Below are positions 10,700 to 21,773 of a DNA stretch of 64,000 nt, piece after piece. The DNA is from Asterias rubens (taxonomy: Eukaryota). Position 1 is the first letter of the stretch; each line of letters begins with the position of its first letter. The stretch is from NCBI RefSeq assembly GCF_902459465.1, contig NC_047066.1:9238001-9302000 (forward strand), written 5' to 3'. Position numbers and translations under genes: made by a program. The notes under the pieces were generated by a model. That model was given only the letters and a program-made list of their open reading frames with translations, was not told where the DNA came from and searched no databases.

Positions 10700-11470
10700 G
10701 AAACCCTTCACCCTTACCCCGCCCTGTGTGTCACCTATCTGACTGCAGGTCCATCCTTAGTTTTGTTTTAGCAGACGTAACCAAACTGCTGTTGGTTGAA
10801 TTGGCCATTGGTTTTAATCACAGGCCAATGACCGAAACAGCTATTAGTTACGACCCCACCCCCCCCCCCAAAAAAAAGGTACCCCTTTTATAAGCATAAT
10901 TATCAGAACCCCTACCCCTTCACCCTTCCTGTGTCCCTGTGTTTTACCTGCTCAACTGTGTCTCCCTCCATCTATAACCATAATCAAGAGCCCCCCTTCC
11001 CCGCCCTGTGTGTCACCCATCTGACTGCATATCCATCATTGGTTGCGTTTTGGCAGTCATAACCAACAACTGTTTCGGTTGACTTGGCCATTAGTTTTAA
11101 TCACAGGCCAATAACCGAAACAGAGTGGTTACGACTGCCAAAACGTACCCCTTTTATAAGCATAATTCAGAACCCCTACTCCCTTCCCCCACCCTGTGTG
11201 CTACCTGTTCAACTGTGTATCCCTCCATCTACAACCATAATCAAGAACCCCCTACCCTTTCCCCCGCCCTGTGTGTCACCTATCTGACTGCATATTCATC
11301 CTTGGTTACGTTTTGGCAGTCATAACCAATAACTGTTTCCCCTGAACTAGTAGCCATTGGTTAATCACTGGCTAATGACCGAAAAAGGGATTGGTTACAA
11401 CTGCTAAAATACCCCCCTTTTATAACCATAATCCAGACCCCTACCCCGTTCCCCCACCCTATGTGTTCAC
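10700..11470. repeat. ~270-290-bp degenerate tandem repeat (about 2.7 copies) abutting the MAPKAPK5 exon 3 donor
   Basis: Recurring blocks cccgccctgtgtgtcacc.atctgactgca, ttggccatt.gttttaatcacaggccaat and accccttttataagcataatt. Confidence 0.85.
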
Positions 11471-11608
11471 CTGTATGGCATATCTGATGGCTCGTGACTC
11501 AGTGAATCCTTTCTGTTGACTGATGCGATCGAACAGCTCCCCACCATCCATAAGCTCCATCACCATCAAGAGCCTTGGGCAGGGCTGAGTCTCACCTGGG
11601 AATTGCAC
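11471..11608 (-). CDS. MAPKAPK5: MAPKAPK5 coding exon 3: VQFPGETQPCPRLLMVMELMDGGELFDRISQQKGFTESRAIRYAIQ
   Basis: Hinge GGELF motif; ttttag acceptor, GTGAAC donor, phase 0-0. Confidence 0.95.
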
Positions 11609-11963
11609 CTAAAATTAAGGTCCGACAATTATCAATCACAATAAATCAGTCTCTGCAGAGGAATTTACCTGCAAGAACCACTTTACTGATTACTAAAAAT
11701 AAGTGTTTTTCTTCTATTTCGAGGGACAAAAGTGAAGCAGTTACTAAGTGATTAGGGCCTACCATGTATAGCACTGAAAGTGCAAGTGTTGATTACGGAT
11801 TAAATCCATCATTTTACAAAGGCACTGAGGTTAAATAATGGAAACATGCATTAAAAATACATATGCTGTACTGAATTCACAGCCGATTATAGGTCTTTTT
11901 AACCTCAATCAGGGCGCTGTTTTGGTTTGTGACGTCATGTGCAACCTTGGGGTTTATTACATA

Positions 11964-12345
11964 TTAAAGACACTGGACACTATTGGTAATTGTCAAAGAC
12001 TAGTCTTCTCACTTGGTGTATCTCAGCATATAAAATAACAGCCTGTGAAAAATTTAGCTCAATTGGTCGTCGAAGTTGCGAGATAAAAATGAAAGAAAAA
12101 ACACTCTTGTCACACGAAGTTGTGTGCTTTCAGATGCTTGATTTTGAGACCTCAAAATGAAATTCCGAGGTCTCGAAATTAAGTTTGTGGAAAAAAATTT
12201 GTTTTCTCAAAAACTACCTTATTTCAGAGAAAGCCATTTCTCACAATGTTTTATACTATCAACAGCTCCCCATTACTCGTTGCCAAGTAAGGTTTTATGA
12301 TAATAATTATTTTGAGTAGTTACCAATAGTGTCCACTGCCTTTAA
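11964..12345. mobile_element. Family-1 TTAA MITE, full length
   Basis: ttaaagacactggacactattggtaa ... ttaccaatagtgtccactgcctttaa; internal palindrome gagacctc...gaggtctc. Confidence 0.9.
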
Positions 12346-12928
12346 GAAAAACTAGATTGTTATACTGTTATTGTACAGTTGTATATGAGGAACCTGACAA
12401 TTTATGTCAACTTTTCTTTTCATCTCACTGGAAGAAAATTTCATCTCATAGAAGCCTAAAAAAACTTCGGCAAACAAATATCGATTTGTAATCCTCTTGG
12501 TGAACCAGTTTGTATTCCAGGAAATGACATATTGAAATAGTAAAATGCTAAGCCACAATTGGAAGAGGAAAATGACTTAGTAAATTTGAATCATTTTGGG
12601 TTGAACAAAGAAAAATGGACTACTGTGTAGAGCAGGATTTGCATCGGCTTCTGATTGGCACCAGAAAAAAATGATAAACAAAATAGGGAGACTGCCAAAC
12701 AGTTGGATGAGTGCCGGCATACTAATCCAGAGGTGGTACAAATGCTGCTCGAGTAATTTGTTCTGCATCAAATCAAAAATTAATTCATTAACATTTAGGC
12801 CCTACCAAGTCAGTTTCCCCAAGTGGTTTATTACTTGAAATGTAAAAATTCTATAACTATAATTTTAGAGAACTTTAGAGCACTTCCAGTTGTGTTTGGT
12901 CTTAGGGGGAGATGTAAAAATGTCTTAC

Positions 12929-13147
12929 TTCATTTGCATAGACATCATAAAGTGTCACAATAGCTGGATGCCTGCTACAACGGCAGTGAAGATGGATCTC
13001 TGTTCTGGAGGCAGCTTTATCCGGCAGAATCTTCAAGGCGTACCTTTCATTGGTTCCATTCTTCTTGCATGGCCACACCGGTCCGTTAACCCCCGTCCCC
13101 AACTTCTGATTCCAGTTGATGGTGTAGTCATCTACGATGGATGTGGT
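12929..13147 (-). CDS. MAPKAPK5: MAPKAPK5 coding exon 2: TTSIVDDYTINWNQKLGTGVNGPVWPC...YALKIL...HPAIVTLYDVYANE
   Basis: Gly-rich loop and VAIK-type lysine; cttcag acceptor, GTAAGA donor; 73 codons. Confidence 0.95.
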
Positions 13148-14425
13148 CTGAAGATTAAAAACAAATAAAGAAGAAAGGGTTCAATATTTATCTTCTAAAT
13201 GAACAAACACTCAAATTTGCAAACAAACTGTTTAAAACCATGTGACAATCGATTAATTATCCTGTAAATAAATTCACAAAAAAATTGTGCATTCCATCTT
13301 TCGTTGGGTTCTGAGATCAACACCCGTTGCTTCCTGTGTTGCTTTATATTTGTGAGTGTTTTATAAATTCTAATAACACCTGACTGATTTCTTGCAGCCC
13401 ACCCCCCCCCCCCCAAAAAAAAAAAAAAAAAAAAAACTAATTAAAAAAAACGTTCTAACCCTCTTTACTATCGAAACCTTTAATTCAACACAAATACAAT
13501 TGTATTTATTTCAGCACAGTTTTCAAGTAAAAAGTGAAATTTGTTTTCACAGCATGTGCACTAAAAAAAGCACACAAGTATAAATAATGAAACGACAAAT
13601 TATCAAAAAATTACAAATTATGTACAATATCTTATAGTTTTAAAACAATATTAATAAATACCTCAGACAGTTTCGCTATTCCTATTGGTGGAGAGCGCGT
13701 CACATGGGTGTGTATAAACCTTTGTTTATGACCGGTAAAAAGTGTTAATTCATGGGTGTGACACGCGACCTTGCACCTGATCTTAAAAGACAGTTTCTTC
13801 ATTCCTATTGGTCAAGCGCAACGGCTGAAACAGTTGTGCCACATCACGCGATACGCGATTTACCTCGACTTCGTCTCGGTAAATTATCAAGAACCAGGCC
13901 TCATTGGGATTAAACCACTAGTTGAAAACCTCTTCACCACACATTGATTCCCTTAATATGTAAACAAATGTAAAGTATTACTTTTTTCAGCCACTCCCAT
14001 AGCTCATAAATAACCTCTATTCTAAGTTTTTTTGTTACACTTCTTTTAAGCAGATCTTCTCGTTGATTAAGTCTAACTCTAAATGTGCAAAACACCGCTT
14101 TCTTCAATTTTTTGGTCGATGATCATAAATCAACCTTAAAATACAACACTAAGTCTAGAGAACCAGCATTAAAAGGGGTGGCCGGATGTGCAAACTCTAG
14201 CCGTACATTAATTAACCTCCTGAAATGGGGGTATTTAGGGGTCCTGTGTTCAGTTAGTTGCCTCCTTTCCTAATGATTTTTCTTGGTACCTCAACTCAAT
14301 CAAGAAAAGACCATGCAAAGAAAAAGAAATAAGCTGTTATTTATCATGCAGACCTTTTGTTTCATCTAAGATAACGACTATGATGATCCGATTATATATT
14401 CATATTCAATACAGTTGCCTAGAGC

Positions 14426-14571
14426 TAGACCAAGTAACTGGGGCGCTGTATTCCTTTTTCCTTTTTTCAAAATTTTGACATTATCAGTCAATACTACATT
14501 ATCGGTCATACTATGACCGATAATGTTCAAATTTCGAAAAAAGGAATACAGCGCCCCAGTAACTGTGTCTA
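14426..14571. mobile_element. TA-ended foldback MITE (146 bp)
   Basis: TIR tagac..agt.actggggcgctgtattccttt at both ends, plus the central palindrome acattatcggtcata-c-tatgaccgataatgt. Confidence 0.8.
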
Positions 14572-14664
14572 AAAATTGCCTGGATAAATTAATATTGCAA
14601 TTGACGAATTGTAAATGTAAATATTTTGTTTATTATAATTAAAATTTAATTGAACAAATAAAGT

Positions 14665-14801
14665 GGAAAAGTTTCCGTATGGCGCCACCACTTTTTCATT
14701 CGAAATAAAATAATATAGTATCTAATTTACCTGATTGATATAATGTATCCCTTTTTGTAAAAATGAGTGAAAAAGTGGTGGCGCCATACGGAAAGTTATC
14801 C
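14665..14801. mobile_element. GG-ended MITE with 8-bp TSD (aataaagt), Merlin-like
   Basis: TIR tttccgtatggcgccaccactttttca.tc; the identical 8-mer occurs at 14657-14664 and 14802-14809. Confidence 0.85.
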
Positions 14802-14817
14802 AATAAAGTTTACACAC

Positions 14818-14904
14818 TTTTATCTTAGGCAAAACATTGTTGGTAGTTATCTCATTGACATTGACATTGCTTGATGTCTCTGCTTGCTCATTACTTTGCT
14901 CCAT
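14818..14904 (-). CDS. MAPKAPK5: MAPKAPK5 coding exon 1: MEQSNEQAETSSNVNVNEITTNNVLPKIK
   Basis: ATG at 14904. Ends in ..IK at phase 0, like vertebrate exon 1 (..KAIK). The donor GTGTGT is weak. The joined CDS is 1464 nt (487 aa plus stop). Confidence 0.75.
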
Positions 14905-15175
14905 TGCACCATTTCTTCTTCAATGACAATCACCTGATGCAACCCCACTGACTCTTTCGTCTTCTTCTGTTTTGTTGACCTCTTCTGTTTTGGGTCAAAG
15001 TTCAATTAAATACCCTCACTGGTCACGCTTCAGCAGCGTACATTCATAGTGCATGATTTGCAGGGTACCATCCGTAACAAACAAAATGGCAGCTCCCATG
15101 AGCTAACAAGAAAGGTAGCATTTGAGCGAAGGATTTTCCCGATTCTTTCTCAGTTACTGGACGTTTGAATTGACC
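14905..15175. promoter_or_regulatory. Bidirectional promoter/5'UTR interval between MAPKAPK5 and USP30, with a YY1-like CAAAATGGCAGC at 15082-15093
   Basis: Divergent start codons 271 bp apart. The motif resembles the YY1 consensus AAAATGGCGGC, common at bidirectional housekeeping promoters. Confidence 0.65.
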
Positions 15176-15320
15176 ATGGTCGATCCAGGATGGAAACTGG
15201 TGATTCCGAAGAAGTACCTGCCTTATTTGGGAGCGGGTGCTGCTGCTGTGGTCACATTTGCCTACATTCTGTGGGGACCAGATGTCGACCGTGGTTTCAA
15301 CTCGAGATCCGGATCGAAAC
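15176..15320 (+). CDS. USP30: USP30 coding exon 1: MVDPGWKLVIPKKYLPYLGAGAAAVVTFAYILWGPDVDRGFNSRSGSK (N-terminal membrane anchor)
   Basis: A hydrophobic helix ending in YILWGP is typical of the USP30 outer-mitochondrial-membrane anchor. GTAAGG donor, phase 1. Confidence 0.88.
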
Positions 15321-15748
15321 GTAAGGGGCGCTGTATTTTGTTTTCCTTTTTCCCTTTATTAACTTTTATTTTTCTATCAATATGGCCAATACGAAGACAT
15401 CATAGCTGACTGAAACATTGTTTGTTGATTATTAAAAATTGCATTTGGATTCTGATTTGTTTTCCACCAAAAACTTTTTATTTTGTAAATAGATAGATGA
15501 TTTAATTGAAAACTTGTCTTGTCTTGTCTTGTCTTGTTTTGTATGTATATTCCTGTGACTGTCTCAACTTAATCTCAAGAGTCCACAGGCTATAAATTTA
15601 AGAAGACCTAAGTAAAACTAAAAGCATACATCTGTACATAATGTTTATCATAGTTCAATTGAGCCACCATTCATTCAACTGTTAAAACATCAAAACGCTC
15701 AGTCCAGTCACAATCTTACCGATGGTTGAAATGGATTAAGGAGGGGTT

Positions 15749-15880
15749 GGAAAAGTTTCCGTATGGCGCCACCACTTTTTCATTCGCAATAAAATAATAT
15801 AGTATCTAATTTACCTGATTGATATATCCCTTTTTGTAAAAATGAGTGAAAAAGTGGTGGCGCCATACGGAAAGTTATCC
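15749..15880. mobile_element. Second copy of the GG-ended Merlin-like MITE, 8-bp TSD gaggggtt
   Basis: Near-identical to 14665-14801; TSD at 15741-15748 and 15881-15888. Confidence 0.85.
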
Positions 15881-16280
15881 GAGGGGTTAAATAATTAATT
15901 GATTATTACAAAATTAACTACTGCAAAGTAGGCTTTGAAGTGTCATGGAGCTGTTCCTTTTTATAGCTCCATGGTGTCTTTTATTTGTTTAAGTTGGATC
16001 TGGATGGATACTTTTATAAATGCGTTTAAGTATTAACCCGGTAAGGCCTATATCTTAAATTGCCCTTTTAGAATGCATGCATACACCAACACCAACAGTT
16101 GAAACGCATACAATTTTATAAATCATTGCAACGCTTTCACCATTATAAGGGAGGATTTGAGAGAGTTCTAGGGCTAATAATTTTTATTGTGTCTTTATTT
16201 TCGACAGTCAAATCTTGCAAGAGTGTTTCTTTGAGCAATCCAAGCCACAAGTAATGAAGGTTTTTTCCTTTTTTTTACAG

Positions 16281-16451
16281 GGAAAGTTGCAGGACTGGAA
16301 AACCTTGGCAACACGTGTTACTTGAACACCATTTTACAGAGTCTGGCAGCATGCCCAGGGTTTGTAAAGTGGCTCAGTCGAGCTCTCAGAAGAGGATTCT
16401 TTAAAGGAAAACACAATGAACTAGCGTACAAGCTATCAAAAACTATCGAAG
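16281..16451 (+). CDS. USP30: USP30 coding exon 2: (R)KVAGLENLGNTCYLNTILQSLAACPGF... (Cys box)
   Basis: USP catalytic Cys box GLxNLGNTCY; tttacag acceptor, GTAATC donor. Confidence 0.97.
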
Positions 16452-16786
16452 GTAATCATCAAATACGGTAGAGCCTGATATTATGGTTGGACGGTCCTTT
16501 GAGCGACACAGCAGACCGGGGCAGTATATTCCCCAGGGAACTGTGAAAGATGAAAAGGAATGCTATTGCTACATTGGCCCAATGACCATGGGCACTAAAC
16601 ATGTACAGTAATAACATGGATATTATGTTAACTGTAAAGTAGTTATTACATTATTCTTACTATTATTATTATCATCAATTCAAACTGACTTTTCTGAAAA
16701 CAATAGTGTTTCACTCATCTTCTGATATTTAAATAAAAACCAACCAATTTAAAAAGTTGTCATATTTGTTATTTTTCTGTATTTAG

Positions 16787-16893
16787 TTGTGAACGACTAT
16801 TCATCAAGCCATAGTGGTGCCCAGGTGTACTCTCCCCATGAAGTACTTCATGCTTTATATGGGTGTAGTTGGAAGTCTGACAGGGACCAACAG
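16787..16893 (+). CDS. USP30: USP30 coding exon 3: (V)VNDYSSSHSGAQVYSPHEVLHALYGCSWKSDRDQQ
   Basis: This exon restores the frame between exons 2 and 4 and supplies the QQ of QQDAHE. It ends at a non-canonical CAG|GCAAGT donor. Confidence 0.82.
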
Positions 16894-17442
16894 GCAAGTA
16901 TTCATCCAGACTAAATAAAATGATATTGAGACATGTTTTATCCAACAACAGTTTTAGTTTGAAATTGCTCAAACAATCATTCAGGGTCAGATCCCTGCTA
17001 AATGCAGTACATTACAACAGAGTATGGGATTGAAATTGACTGACAAACTGCAACCTTTATCATTGGGTGCATTTTGATGTTTTGGTAGAGACACATAGGC
17101 TCAAAGTGGTGTTTTTCGATGGTGTTATATGGTCACAGTTAGTACCTTTAAACCTACAGTAGCCAGCATGTGTGTTTGCTGAGCCGTATCTTTCTATTTT
17201 GCTTTCCTACCTGTGTGCTTTGTTAATGGCGCGCTTATTCCTTTCAAGACGTGGTCATGCTTGAGAAATTATGCGGTATGAAAGGTTACGCATGCCATAG
17301 CTCTTTCGATTCTGGGAAACTCGGGACAGGATGGTGACAGGTGCAAACCTCGGGGATGTGATGTTCATTTTAAAAGATTTAAATGGATTTTCACCATTCA
17401 AGACCTACCCTTTTTAATTTCCAACCTTCTCATTTGTCTTAG

Positions 17443-17541
17443 GATGCGCATGAATTGTTCCAGTTTCTCTTGTCTGTTTTGGGTGAAGACAAGGAACCAG
17501 TTCCTTCCCCATTGCCCCTGTGCGATACATCAAGATTTACG
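17443..17541 (+). CDS. USP30: USP30 coding exon 4: DAHELFQFLLSVLGEDKEPVPSPLPLCDTSRFT
   Basis: DAHELF motif; cttag acceptor, GTAAGA donor. Confidence 0.93.
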
Positions 17542-18564
17542 GTAAGAAATCCATAAGCCATTTTGATATGGTGAACACAATACTATGCCACTGTTGGGTT
17601 TGGGTAAAATCCGTCTGAATACACCCAAACCAAGCAGTGCATTCCTAGTGTCTACCATACCTCAAAAAGGCTAATTGAAGAATTGCTCTAACGTGTCAAA
17701 TGTCAAATTCAGTTTTGTGATTCAGTCATCTAATGGCTAGAGTCCGTATGAAAGTGGAGACAAATTATGTACAAGTTAGATGGGTGTAAAATGCTGTTGT
17801 AATGTACATGTTGTATACATGTAGAACTATCCATTGTTTACAACAACAGTGTACACATTCCAGGGACTTTCTGGCAGGCAAGATACACTGGTTGTGTAAA
17901 TTTTGTTATCATAGTTCCCACACAATTCAAGAGTTACAAACTAAAAGCTGGAAAAGATGATAAAAATCAGACTACGTATACAATCTTCACAAAATGTAAG
18001 TTTTTAAGTTTTCTTCCTCTGAGCTGTGTAAAAGTTGTGCCTACGGGAAGTCAAAGCTCTCAATCAAGTTGTGAACCCTGGTTTATACATTGTATTTCCT
18101 GTGAGCACAAATGTGATGCGAATTGTGAGGTCCAGGGCTGTTTTCGCAGCGAATGTTTCAAAGGAAACTGATGCGAGCGATTCATTGCGAATTTGTGGCG
18201 TCAAAATTCATATCGCATTTGCCTTTACAGGAAGTACAGTTTGAACCAGGCTGTTAATATCCCGATTCAATCAAAGTCAAGTAGACACCACTAGCTTGAT
18301 TTTGTAGTCAGCCAAGATGTTGAAATAATTAAGTCATATTAATTACCTTCAAGTGGGAATGTTGAGTAATAAAAAGCATCGTTACACAAGGATTGTGTTG
18401 TTTCAAGACAATGGAACCTTCAAATATGATGACACAAGCTCGACAAGCTTCACTGAGGTCATTAAGGAAGATCGTTCATTGGCTGAGAGTTGTGTGTGCA
18501 TGTCATAATCTCAAGTTTACTTTAGGGTTTTATTGAAAAGTGTGATCAATGGCTACATACACAC

Positions 18565-18742
18565 ACTGGTCTGTATGCTTCGTTTTTTGAAAGGGAAAGA
18601 GTACCATGCATGTTCTCCTTGGTAAAGGGCACCCTTTGAGGCAATTGTAAATTTCTACTAGAGCATTTCAAGGGCACCATGAGGCAATGGCAAGGGGGCA
18701 ACGGAGGCAATCGCCTCTGTTGCCTCCGTGAAGTATCATGCC
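18565..18742. mobile_element. CAGGCCTG-type (hAT-like) MITE; relatives at 6721-6822, 34840-34990, 48405-48575, 53865-53917
   Basis: Shared gtttttgaaagggca...gagcatttcaagggcacc...gtgaagtatcaggcctg. Confidence 0.75.
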
Positions 18743-18975
18743 TATGTATGTTTGGATGCCACAAAAGGTTACATATGTATTGCATTATTTTGTTCCACTA
18801 TTTTTTATCAGGCCTAGCCTGTGTATGTTTGGATGCCACAAAAGGTTTACATATATGTATTGCATTATTTTGTTCAACTATTTTTTATCAGGCCTACCTG
18901 TGTACGTTTGGATGCCACAAAAGGTTTACATATGTATTGCACTATTTTGTTCTACTATTTTTGTCTTGGTGCCAA
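18743..18975. repeat. ~77-79-bp tandem repeat x3
   Basis: tttggatgccacaaaagg recurs at 18751, 18828 and 18907. Confidence 0.9.
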
Positions 18976-19044
18976 ACTGGCTGTCAGGTTGCGTGACTGT
19001 AGTGGTATAGACTTGTGTGGTGGATGGCTATTACTGTCTTGCTA

Positions 19045-19907
19045 GCTCTTTTGAAAGCCGCTAGCTATCTGGTTATTTGCTTGTTCTAAGCTGTCTATAG
19101 TTCTCAGGTAAGCCAGGTAGCCCACTGTTAGCCGGCTAGCTCACTGGTTAGCCGGAACCTCTCTGGTCCAAGCTGTCTAGCTTTCAGGTTAGCCAGGTAA
19201 CTCTCTGGTTAGCCGGCTAGCGCTCTGGCTAGCCAAGTACCTCTCTGGTTTTTACCTGGTTCCAAGCTGTCTACATGTTGCTCTCAGGTTAGCCGGTAAC
19301 TCTTTGGTTAGCCGGCTAGCGCTCTGGCTAGCCAGACGTACCTCTCTGGTTATTACCTGGTTCCAAGCTGTCTACATGTAGCTCTTAGGTTAGCCAGGTA
19401 AGTCTCTGGTTAGCCGGCTAGCGCTCTGGCTAGCCAGACGTACCTCTCTGGTTATTACCTGGTTCCAAGCTGTCTACATGTAGCTCTCAGGTTAGCCAGG
19501 TAAGTCTCTGGTTAGCCGGCTAGCGCTCTGGCTAGCCAGACGTACCTCTCTGGTTATTACCTGGTTCCAAGCTGTCTACATGTAGCTCTTAGGTTAGCCA
19601 GGTAAGTCTCTGGTTTGCCGGCTAGCGCTCTGGCTAGCCAGTACCTCTATGGTTATTACCTGGTTCCAAGCTGTCTACATGTAGCTCTCAGGTTAGCCAG
19701 GTAAGTCTCTGGTTAGCCGGCTAGCGCTCTAGCTTAGCCAGACGTACCTCTCTGGTTATTACCTGGTTCCAAGCTGTCTGCATGTAGCTCTTAGGTTAGC
19801 CAGGTAAGTCTCTGGTTAGCCGGCTAGCGCTCTGGCTAGCCAGACGTACCTCTCTGGTTATTACCTGGTTCCAAGCTGTCTACATGTAGCTCTCAGGTTA
19901 GCCAGGT
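19045..19907. repeat. ~102-bp palindrome-rich minisatellite (about 7 good copies plus degenerate lead-in)
   Basis: agtctctggtt recurs at 19401, 19503, 19605, 19704 and 19807. Confidence 0.95.
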
Positions 19908-21015
19908 CGCGCACTGAATAGCTGTCTGGTCTGGCGACTATATTGCGACATGATGCCTAAAATTACAACATTTTCTTCCCCCTTTTTTCTTAGGCTATGT
20001 ATGATTCACATCTAGCAATAATTTACATTACATGCCGGTGTAAAAATAATCCACATTGTGCACATTATTTATTTGCGGGGGTTTGTGTCCGATAATCTAA
20101 TGAGAAATCAGCATTGAAGACAACATGTATTCAATTTCCCCTTCCTGGTTCCGTATAGACATTTATTTTACACATTGCTTTTTCTGGGTCGCATGATGCC
20201 ACAAGCAATTATTTTGCTCGATAACAGCAAACCTGGCTTCCCCCCTCCGCTGGGACTTTAGCAAGTTCCAGTTTGCGTAGCTGGCACATCTGTAGGTTGT
20301 TGCGGGTGCCAGGAATATTCAGGGCTGGAGTCAGATCGAGGAACGCATAATTGGCTTTGATTTGAAATTTGACTCCTGGAATAATTTTGGGATAAGTGAC
20401 TGCACCCTCCCCCATGGAAATGCTTTGTCAGTTTTGATACTTGTACCTGTGTGGACAGCTTGCACTGCTTTAACAACTACTGGAACATGTGTGAATGTAT
20501 CAGGTATCGGAACAATTGGGGCAGAGCTCTGCCTACGTGTAGGCCTAGCCTGTACCGCAGGTCTCAGATTGCCCCTTCCCAAGTTAGTTGCCATTGTAAT
20601 GTTATTTTTACCTAATTTTTCTTTGTCCTTCAAAAATCATTTGGATGTTATTGACAGGTTTGAAGAATTGAGGCAGGTTTGACATTCATCTGTTGCCCCA
20701 ATTCACCTGGCGTGATCATTGCAACGGTTTTGCTTGCGCCACGTTTGGGAGTGGATTCTGTCCCCCACATGGGAAATTAACATTGGCTTGAGGGAGATGA
20801 ATCAAAAGAGGGCGGTATCAGAAGAAGTGTGTACACAATTCGCCGTATGGGGGGACAGAATCTCCGGGGGGACCGAATCTCCTGCCACACTAACACTCTA
20901 CCAACTGAGCCATCTAGCCCTAATGTCATTAATGTGGGTGGTTTCTCTATTTTGTTAATATCTTTTGTTAAGAACTCAAGCTTACTATCGACCCCCCTCC
21001 CCCCAAAAAAAAAAA

Positions 21016-21046
<31 letters not shown>

Positions 21047-21144
21047 AAAATAATAATAAATAAATAAATAAATAAAAAAATATTTGTACTAGTTACCCTT
21101 CTCATATTTTATTCTTACTTGATCGTATTTTGTTTATTGATTAG

Positions 21145-21288
21145 GGATTTGACAGGAGTGTCTTCACCCAACCAGACCTTCATTCTAACATTGAGGCTGA
21201 TTTACCTAAAGTTTCCAATAAAGACGGGGAGTCACCATTCAAGGGACTGCTAGCCAATCATCTCACATGTACAGTGTGTGGACACAAG
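21145..21288 (+). CDS. USP30: USP30 coding exon 5: GFDRSVF...ESPFKGLLANHLTCTVCGHK
   Basis: PFxGxL..xxCxxCxH fingers motif; phase 0-0; GTAATT donor. Confidence 0.92.
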
Positions 21289-21426
21289 GTAATTTCGAAT
21301 CCCCCTAGCTGGGCAAAAATTATTCAGTCCTTACTTGCTGCTTGCCAATTGTAAAACAAACCCAAATTTACAGGCATGCTACTTTTCAGCTGATTTCCTC
21401 GTTTTCTTTTTAAAACAGTGCCATAG

Positions 21427-21773
21427 TTAAAGACAGTGGACACTAGTGGTAAATGCATCGAATAACAAACCTGTAAAAATTTGAGCTCAATTGGTCGTCG
21501 AAGTTGCTAGATATGAATGAAATTAAAAAAAAAACTTTGTCAAATGAAGTTGTGTGCTTTCAGATGCTTGATTTCGAGACCTCAATTTTTAAACTTGAGG
21601 TCTCGAAATCAAATTCGTGGAAAATTACTTCTTTCTCGAAAACTAAGTCACTTCAGAGGGAGCTGTTTCTCACAATGTTTTATACTATCAACCTCTCCCC
21701 ATTACTCGTTACCAAGTGAGGTTTTATTCTAACAACTATTTTGAGTAATTACCAATATTGCCACTGCCTTTAA
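21427..21773. mobile_element. Family-1 TTAA MITE
   Basis: ttaaagacagtggacac ... ccactgcctttaa. Confidence 0.88.

Noticed and set aside
13660-13960. CpG-rich block with two ATTGG boxes, possibly an alternative MAPKAPK5 promoter
   Set aside because: It looks like a dispersed repeat, but there is no second copy, TIR or TSS evidence in the window, so neither call is supported.
18408-18490. Possible extra USP30 exon (TMEPSNMMTQARQASLR...)
   Set aside because: It has an acceptor-like ttcaag but no convincing in-phase donor, and exons 4 and 5 already join in frame.
18679-19045. Overlapping 75-105-aa ORFs
   Set aside because: They are translations of the MITE and the 77-bp tandem repeat.
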